This document shows, in pieces, positions 57,197 through 64,000 of a stretch of DNA of 64,000 nucleotides. Under the pieces are notes generated by a model, which worked only from the letters and a program-made list of their open reading frames with translations, was not told where the DNA came from and did not search any database. Positions within the stretch are counted from its first letter, which is position 1, and each line of letters begins with the position of its first letter. The stretch comes from an uncultured Acidobacteriota bacterium (GTDB lineage: Bacteria; Acidobacteriota; Thermoanaerobaculia; UBA5066): NCBI GenBank assembly GCA_963779415.1, contig CAVZYA010000001.1, positions 576,001-640,000 on the forward strand, given 5' to 3'. A program made the translations under genes and the position numbers.

Positions 57197-57651
57197 CGGA
57201 CCTGCGCGAGCTCTACCAGCAGGTCATCCTCGACCACAACAAGTCGCCCCACAACTACCGGACGATCGAGGGAGCGGACCGGATCTCCGTCGGCCACAAC
57301 CCGGTCTGCGGCGACCGGCTCTCGCTCTTCGTGAAGCTCGACGGCGACCGGATCGTCGACGTGGCGTTCCAGGGCTCCGGCTGCGCCATCTCAAAGGCCT
57401 CGGCTTCGCTGATGACCGACAGCGTCAAGGGAAAGACGCTCGCCGAGGCGGAGGCGCTCTACGGGAGGTTCCACGCTCTTCTGACCGGGCCTCCCGATGT
57501 GAAGGCGGATCCGGAGACGGTCCGGTCGCTCGGGAAGCTCGCCGTCTTCTCGGGCGTCCGGGAGTTCCCGGTCCGCGTCAAGTGCGCCACCCTCTCGTGG
57601 CACGCGCTGGAGGCCGCCTTGAAGAACGAGGCCGCGGTCTCGACGGAGTGA
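57193..57651 (+). CDS. sufU: SUF system NifU-family protein SufU
   Basis: LYQQVILDH, NPVCGD, GSGCAISKASAS, FPVRVKCATL. Confidence 0.95.
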   Translation: MTDLRELYQQVILDHNKSPHNYRTIEGADRISVGHNPVCGDRLSLFVKLDGDRIVDVAFQGSGCAISKASASLMTDSVKGKTLAEAEALYGRFHALLTGPPDVKADPETVRSLGKLAVFSGVREFPVRVKCATLSWHALEAALKNEAAVSTE

Positions 57652-57653
57652 CG

Positions 57654-58001
57654 ATGGAAAGCGCCCTTCCCTCCACGCCTCCTCCGTCCGACGAGCGGAA
57701 GGCGCTCGAGACGCGCGTCATCGAAGAGGCGCTGAAGAAGTGCTTCGACCCCGAGATCCCGGTGAACATCTGGGACCTCGGACTCATCTACTCCGTCGAC
57801 GTCTCGCCCGAGCACGACGTGACGGTCCGGATGACGCTCACCGCGCCCGCCTGCCCCGTCGCCGGGACTCTTCCCGGAGAGGTGGAGTCGAAGGTCCTCG
57901 CCCTCCCCGGCATCCGCTCCGCGAAGGTCGAGCTCGTCTGGGAGCCGCCGTGGCACCCGGACATGATGTCCCGCCTCGCGAAGGTGATGCTCGGAATGTA
58001 G
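57654..58001 (+). CDS. sufT: DUF59 Fe-S assembly protein (SufT-like)
   Basis: FDPEIPVNIWDLGLIY, MTLTAPACP, VWEPPW..DMMS. Confidence 0.9.
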   Translation: MESALPSTPPPSDERKALETRVIEEALKKCFDPEIPVNIWDLGLIYSVDVSPEHDVTVRMTLTAPACPVAGTLPGEVESKVLALPGIRSAKVELVWEPPWHPDMMSRLAKVMLGM

Positions 58002-58069
58002 CGGAAGCTCTCGTCGTTTCGTCCGGCTTTCCGGGCGCAAACCGCGCCGATTCATGCTGAAATCGTGGG

Positions 58070-59371
58070 GTGTCGTTTCTTCCCCTCCTCATTGCGGCCG
58101 TCCTTGCGGCCGCAGCGCCCGCCTCCCCCGCGCTCCCCGCTCCCCTGACGATCGAACAGGCTCTCGCCGAAGCCCAGGCCGCCAACGCCCGTCTCCCGGT
58201 CGCCGCCCTCTCCGTCGACATCGCCAACGAGCGGACGCGGGAGGCCTCCGCCGAGAAGTGGCTGAAGGTGGCGGCCGTCGGCGACTTCGTCTACCCGTCG
58301 GGATACGATCCCATTCTGACGAATCTCGGCGAATCCCGGCTCCAGGTCGGAATGCGTCAGCCGATCTACGACGGCGGGGCGCTTCGTGCCGCGGAGACGA
58401 AAGCCGAGGCTCAGGCCGCAGCCGCCGGAGCGCGATACCGGATCTCACGGGTCGACGTCGAGCTGGAGGTCCGAACCGCCTTCAGCGAGGTCCTGGAAGC
58501 GGAGGACGAGATCACCGCACTGCGGGAGGGGCTCGAGCGGCTCCGGAACTATCGCCTCTCAGTCCGGAGCCGGCAGGCGGAGGGACAGGGGGTCACGGCG
58601 GATCTTCTCCGGACGGATGTTCGCGTCGCAGGCGCCGAGTCGGATCTCGTCGATGCCGAGCGGCGTCTCGACGAGGCCCGGATGACACTCAACGATCTCA
58701 TCGGCCGGGAGCCCGCCTTACCGCTCCGTCTGGCCCCCCTCCCCCCTCCGGCGCCCCCTGCCGACACCGGAGCCGAGCCGTGGAACCGCGCCCCCGAGCT
58801 GACCGAGTCGCTCGCACTCACGAAAAGCGCCGCCGCCGACCTCACGGCCGCCGACGCCGAGAGGAAGCCCCACCTCCTCGCCGCGGCCGACGTCGGGTTC
58901 CTCGGCTCCGACACGACTCACCTCGTTCCCCCCGACCTGACGGCAACGGATCCGAACGCCAACTTTCTCGACCGCGCCTGGCGCGATTTCGGCTTCTCCC
59001 TCAGTCTCTACCTCTACCTGCCGCTCTGGGATGCCGGAGGGTATCGGGCGCGCGTCCTTCAGGCGCAACAGGCCGTCGACCAGGCCCGGGCCGGAGAGGT
59101 CGCCGCGCGGCGCCACGCGCGCCTCGAGTGGGAGCGGGCGCATGCGGCGCTGGCACGGATCTACGAGCAGATCCGGATCCTCTCGAAGGCCGCTCCCGAC
59201 GCGAGGGACTCGTACCTCGAGGCGGAGAGCCGATATCGTGGAGGCGCGGCCACCTCGCTGGAGGTGCTCGACGCCTACTCGGCGTCGGTCGAAGCGCTCC
59301 TCCGTCTTGCAGACGCCGTCCGCCGGTTTCGCGTAGCGCAGGCGTTGACGCTTCGCTGGGGTGGCCCATGA
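58070..59371 (+). CDS. TolC family outer membrane efflux protein
   Basis: Signal peptide; LTIEQAL, QPIYDGG, LPLWDAG, RYRGGAATSLEVLDA. Confidence 0.88.
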   Translation: MSFLPLLIAAVLAAAAPASPALPAPLTIEQALAEAQAANARLPVAALSVDIANERTREASAEKWLKVAAVGDFVYPSGYDPILTNLGESRLQVGMRQPIYDGGALRAAETKAEAQAAAAGARYRISRVDVELEVRTAFSEVLEAEDEITALREGLERLRNYRLSVRSRQAEGQGVTADLLRTDVRVAGAESDLVDAERRLDEARMTLNDLIGREPALPLRLAPLPPPAPPADTGAEPWNRAPELTESLALTKSAAADLTAADAERKPHLLAAADVGFLGSDTTHLVPPDLTATDPNANFLDRAWRDFGFSLSLYLYLPLWDAGGYRARVLQAQQAVDQARAGEVAARRHARLEWERAHAALARIYEQIRILSKAAPDARDSYLEAESRYRGGAATSLEVLDAYSASVEALLRLADAVRRFRVAQALTLRWGGP

Positions 59372-60366
59372 GGGTTGCGGGCGCCCTGGCCGTCGCGGGC
59401 CTCCTCGTCCTCGCGAGCGGCTGCGGCAAGGGCGAAGCAGAAACCTCGCCGGAAAAGAGCCGGACCGCGGAGGCGCCCGCCCGCTCCGGGACGCCCGTGC
59501 GCGTGGCCGCCGTCGCGAAGGCCGATCTGCCCGAGATCCTCACGGGACCGGGCAGGACCGTCGCGATCGTCCGCCAGCAGGTCCGGGTTCCGTTCGCGAG
59601 CACGCTCGAGGATCTCAAGGTGACGGACGGCGACACGGTCCGGAGAGGCGACGTTCTCGGTTCGGTCGTCTCACGCGAGAGCGAGGCGGCCCTTTCGGGC
59701 GCGAGGGAGATGGCCCGCGACGCCCGCACGCCGGCCGAGAAGAGCGATGCCGCCCGCGCCCTCGAGCTCGCCGAGAGGACGCTCGTCCGGCTCCCTCTCC
59801 GGAGCGCCGTGGACGGCGTCGTGGTCTCTCACGCGGCGAGCCCGGGAGACCGGCTCTCCGAAGGCCAGGAGGTCCTGACCCTCTCGGCCGCCGACTCGAT
59901 CGTCTTCGTGGCCGACGTCCCGCAGGGCGACGTGACCCGGGTCCGGCCCGGCCAGGCGGTCACGATCGCGTTCGTGGGCCGGAAGGAGACGGTTCCGGGG
60001 CGTCTGCACGACGTTCTCCCGGCGGCCAACCCGGCCGACCTGACGGTTCCCGTCCGGATCGACTTCGGCCCGAAGGATCTCCGGCTTCCGGTCGGCCTCT
60101 TCGGGACGGCGCGCATTCTGGTGGGAGAACGCCGGAGCGTCATGGTCGTTCCGTCGGCCGCCGTTCTTCGGGACGACGTCACCGGCTCGACGCGGATCGC
60201 GACCGTCACGCCGGACGGAAAGGCCCACTGGATCGAGATCCGGACAGGCCTCTCCGACGGCATCGTCACCGAGATCCTGGACCATGCGCTCGCCGTGAAG
60301 CAGGCCGTGATCGTCTCGGGACAGACCGGCCTTCCCGAAGGAGCGGCGGTCGTCGTGGCGCCATGA
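59368..60366 (+). CDS. RND efflux periplasmic adaptor (MFP), lipoprotein
   Basis: LASGC lipobox; DGDTVRRG, LRSAVDGVV, LPVGLFG, VPSAAVLRDD; ATGA overlaps. Confidence 0.88.
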   Translation: MRVAGALAVAGLLVLASGCGKGEAETSPEKSRTAEAPARSGTPVRVAAVAKADLPEILTGPGRTVAIVRQQVRVPFASTLEDLKVTDGDTVRRGDVLGSVVSRESEAALSGAREMARDARTPAEKSDAARALELAERTLVRLPLRSAVDGVVVSHAASPGDRLSEGQEVLTLSAADSIVFVADVPQGDVTRVRPGQAVTIAFVGRKETVPGRLHDVLPAANPADLTVPVRIDFGPKDLRLPVGLFGTARILVGERRSVMVVPSAAVLRDDVTGSTRIATVTPDGKAHWIEIRTGLSDGIVTEILDHALAVKQAVIVSGQTGLPEGAAVVVAP

Positions 60367-63300
60367 GGCTCCCCCGTCCTTCCCGAGGGAGCCCCGCCGC
60401 GATCTTCCTCCTCGTCGGGATCTTGTCGGCGGCGGGCGTCCTGCTCGCCACCCATCTCCCGGCGGCCATCTTCCCGGCCGTGACCTTCCCGATCGTCAAG
60501 GTGATCACCGACGCCGGGGAGGAGCCCGCGTCGCGGATGATGCCGGCCGTCACGCGCCCGCTCGAGGAGGCGATCCACCGCGTTCCCGGGCGTCCGGCGA
60601 GTCCTGTCGGCCACGTCGCGCGGCTCGATCGGAGATCAGCGCCGAGTTCGCCTGGGGCACCGACATGCAGGTCGCGTTGCAGCGCGTCGAGGCCGAGGTG
60701 GCCAGCGGATCCGCCCCGACCTCCCCGCCGACGCCCGGATCGACGTCGAGTGGATGAACACGGCCGATCTTCCCGATCCTCGGCTACGCGCTCACGTCCG
60801 ACACGCGGTCGCAGGCGGACCTCTGGGAGCTCGCCGAGTACACGCTGAAGCCGGAGCTGATCCGGGTCCCGGGCGTCTCGCGAGGTGCAGATCCAGGGAG
60901 GGCGGAAGCGGGAGTTCCAGGTCCGGCTCGATCCGGCAGCGCTCGCGGGCGCGAAGTCTCTCCCCCGCGGACGTCGTCGAGGCGATCCGGAAGAACGACG
61001 TGATCCCTCGGCCGGGCTCGTCGAGGCGAACCACGAGCTTTACCTCTCGCTCGTCGACGGTCGCGCGGACGGGCGCGCGGCGCTGGCCGACGATCGCGGT
61101 CCCCGTCGCCGGCGGCGGCGTCCCGGTGCGGCTCGGAGATCTCGGGACGATCGCGGCCGGAGACGCCGTGTCGTACGTCCGGACGACGGCGAACGGCCGC
61201 CCCGCCGTTCTCGTCAACATGATCCAGCAGCCCGCCGGCCAACACGATCGCGATCGCGCGCGGCGGGGATCGACGCGCTTCTCGCCGGCGCCCCGATCTC
61301 ATCCCCAAGGACGTCCGCTGGACGACGTTCTACGACCAGGCGGCGTTCGTCTCCCACTCGGTCCATGGCGTCCGCGACGCGATCGTCATCGGCGTCGTTC
61401 TGGCGGCCTTCGTCGTCCTCCTCTTCCTGCGCCGATTCCGGCCGACGCTGGTGGCCGTCGCGGCGATCCCCGTCTCCGTCGCGCTCGTGATGCTCGGGCT
61501 CGCCGCGACGGGCCAGACGATCAACCTGATGACGCTGGGCGGAATCGCCGCGGCGCTCGGCCTCGTCGTGGACGACGCCATCGTCGTCGTCGAGAACATC
61601 CACCGCCACCGGGAGAGCCGCCTCTCGGAGCCGATCCGGCCCTGAGCGGTCTCGCCGAGATCCTCCCCGCCCTTCTGGCCTCCAGCCTCTCGACGATCGT
61701 CGATCTTCTCCCCTTCGCCCTCCTCACCGGCATCGTCGGGGCCTTCTTCAAGCCGCTCGCGCTGACGATGGCGCTGTCGCTCGGGGTCTCGTACCTCCTC
61801 GCCGCCTTGCCGTCCCGCTCGCAGTGGGCGCGGACCGTCGCCGGAAGTCGCCGGAGCGCCGGCAGGACGCCGCGCCCCTCCGCGTTTCCGCGCGCCTCGC
61901 GCGGCCTTCTTCATCCGGCGCCCGGCTGGGTCGCGCTGGCGTCGCGACGCTGCTGCTCCTCGGCGCCGGCGGCGTTCGCTCTATCGCCCGCATCGGCACC
62001 GATTTCCTTCCGGACGATGGACGAGGGCTCGATCATCCTCGACTACTGGACGCCCGCCCGGAACCTCCCTGACCGACACGGACGCGATGCTCCGCGAGGT
62101 GGAGAAGATCATCGTCTCGCTTCCCGACGTCGAGAGCTACTCGCGGCGCACCGGCACGCAGCTCGGCTTCTTCATCACCGAGCCGAACCGCGGCGACTAC
62201 GTCATCAAGCTGAAGCCGCGGGGCGCCGCCGGCCGGTCGACGACGTCATCGACGAGCTGCGAACGCGGATCGCGGCGGCCGAGCCGGCGCTCCGCACCGA
62301 TTTCGGCCAGCTCCTCGAGGACAACATCGGCGACCTGACGGGCGGCGTGCCGCAGCCGATCGACGTCAAGATCTTCGGCGAGGACCAGACTGTCCTCGCG
62401 GAGAAGGCGCGGCGCGCCGCCGAAGATCGTGGGAGCGTCCGGGGCATCGAGGACGTCTTCGACGGACGGGTCATCGCGGGGCCGGCGCTCGACATCCGCG
62501 TCCGGCCGGGCGAGCTGGCGCGCCACGGTCATGACGACCGAGGACCTCCACGCCGCCGTCGAGCCCGCGCTCGTCGGGACGGTGACGACGAAGACTCCAG
62601 ATCGGGGAGCGTCTCTACGACATCCGCGTCTTCTCGCCGCCGGTCCGGACCTGTCGAATCTGAGCGTCCGGATCCCGTCGGGTGCGCTCCTCCCTCTCCG
62701 GACCCTCGCCACGGTCTCGACGGGCCCCCCCGAGGCGGAGATCGACCGCGAGAACCTCAAGAGCTACCTCGGAGTGACCGGGCGGCTCTCGGGGCGCAGC
62801 CTCGGAGAGGCGATCGAGCGAGATCCGGCGGCGCCTTCGGCGCCGAGCTGCCGCTTCCCCCGGGAATGTCGCTCCGCTTCGGCGGCCTGTACGAGCAGCA
62901 GCAGGCCTCGTTCAAGGAGCTTCTGGGCGTCCTCGCCGCGGGCCTCCTTCTCGTCTCGGTCGTCCTCCTCTTCGACGTTCGGCGACTTTCGCGCGCCGCT
63001 TCTGACCTCCGTCCTCTCGCTGGCCGTTCTCGCCGGAGTCTTCGGCGCGCTCTTCCTCGCCGGCATGACGCTGAACATCTCGAGCTTCGTCGGCGCGATC
63101 ATGATGGTGGGAATCGTCGGCGAGAACGCCGATCTTCGTGATCCACGAGGCGCGTCAGGAGCTTCGCCGCGGCCGAACCGTCCGGGAAGCCTGGACGGAA
63201 GCCGCGACGCGACGTCTCCGTCCGGTCGCCATGACGATCCTGGCGACGGCGTTCGCCCTCTCACCCCTCGCCCTCGCTCTCGGGGAGGGATCGCAGCTTC

Positions 63301-63443
63301 AGCAGCCGCTCGCCGTGGCCGTCATCGGAGGCTTCGTCCTGTCGGGACCGATCGTTCTCCTGCTCCTTCCGGGCCTCTACGCGTGGCTCGACCCGAAGGG
63401 GTGCCTCGCCGGAGCGACAGGAGCCACCCGACGGCGACCGTGA
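60363..63443 (+). CDS. RND efflux permease (CusA/CzcA-like), heavily frameshifted in this sequence
   Basis: IFPAVTFP, TRPLEEAI, FYDQ, NLMTLGGIAAALGLVVDDAIVVVENI, MDEGSIILDY, SRRTG, RRLRPVAMT, QQPLAVAVIGG across many frames. Confidence 0.85.
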
Positions 63444-63999
63444 TCCCCGCGCCGATCATCGAGTACCAGGGCCAGGCGATCTCTCTCCCGAGCGCGAAGG
63501 GAACGTAGCCGCGCGCGCCGAGCCAGAGGACGAACATGAAGAAGGCCGAGACGCCGATGGCGACGAGCGCGTCCGCCTGGCGTGCCCGCCTCACGTAGAG
63601 CGCGAGAAGGAAAGCGCCGAGGAGGCCCCCGCCCGTGACGCTGGCAAGGGAGAGCGCCACCTGCACGGCGGGAAGCTCCTGTGGCATCAGGCTGAAGCCG
63701 ACGGCGAGCCCCGCGAGGACGATCGTCCAGAAGAGGGTCAGCACCTTTCCGAGGACGAGACCCCGCCTCCCCTCGACGGCGGCCTTGCCCAGGAGCGGCG
63801 AGACGAAATCGAGCGAGAGCGCCGAGGCGAGGGAGTTGAGGGCCGACGACTCCGAGCACATCGCCGCCGAGAAGATCCCGGCGACGAGATAGGCCGAGAG
63901 CCATCCCGGCAGCTCCTTCACGATGAAGGTCGGGAAAATCGCGTCGCTCGTCGAAAAAAGGCTTCCGGCGCCGACCGGTTGGCCGTAGAAGGCGAAGAG
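63322..63999 (-). CDS. Sodium:solute symporter family protein, 5' part outside the window
   Basis: DAIFPTFIVKELPG..AGIFSAAMCS.SSALNSLAS, GGLLGAFLL, IAWPWY. Confidence 0.85.
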   Translation of the reverse strand, partial: LFAFYGQPVGAGSLFSTSDAIFPTFIVKELPGWLSAYLVAGIFSAAMCSESSALNSLASALSLDFVSPLLGKAAVEGRRGLVLGKVLTLFWTIVLAGLAVGFSLMPQELPAVQVALSLASVTGGGLLGAFLLALYVRRARQADALVAIGVSAFFMFVLWLGARGYVPFALGREIAWPWYSMIGAGITVAVGWLLSLRRGTPSGRATRRGPEGAGERSVPTGRSLR

Positions 64000-64000
64000 G

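Noticed and set aside
60363-63443. RND gene fragmented into many ORFs as a pseudogene
   Set aside because: Motifs are intact along the whole length and the partner tolC/MFP genes are intact; dense indels fit low-coverage sequence.
63322-63443. About 120-nt convergent overlap of the RND and symporter 3' ends
   Set aside because: Only non-conserved tails overlap; this is common in GC-rich genomes and may reflect an indel.
1-64000. tRNA, rRNA, CRISPR array, integrase/transposase, prophage or selenocysteine recoding
   Set aside because: No such repeats, structures or protein motifs were recognized by eye; tRNAscan, Infernal and CRISPR searches were not run.

Overview
GC-rich bacterial chromosomal window, gene-dense, with about 54 protein-coding genes. 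I found no rRNA, tRNA, CRISPR array or mobile element. Gene content suggests Acidobacteriota, possibly Thermoanaerobaculia (inference only). Many genes (sufBCD, both RND permeases, M16 peptidase, one porin, the DUF4388 gene) carry clustered single-base frameshifts that look like long-read indel errors. Left to right: U32 protein + Liv-type binding protein; acuBC; DUF4388 protein; an 18-heme-c/2-heme-b membrane cytochrome operon (monoheme cytochrome, split CbcL-like, ImcH-like, CBS) with a convergent Cys-rich PAS-LuxR regulator; methyltransferase, DUF1579, osmC, TauE, a YncE-DUF2891 fusion, orphan higA, menG; a tandem pair of a catalytically degenerate GAPDH homolog and a canonical gap; PAS-GGDEF-EAL; proC; livKHMGF-acuB; a NarL-type two-component system next to a porin-RraA-RND-TolC-pseudoreceiver operon, a divergent porin, lhgO and a MatB-like ligase; M28 peptidase and a diguanylate cyclase sharing a bidirectional leaderless promoter; hom; two genes with ECF-type promoters; the Rrf2-sufBCDSUT operon; a second TolC-MFP-RND system; a partial sodium:solute symporter. 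The strongest candidates for undescribed biology are the pseudo-GAPDH/GAPDH pair, the ImcH+CbcL cytochrome operon and the porin-RraA-RND module. All family assignments come from motif recognition by eye, not from database searches.
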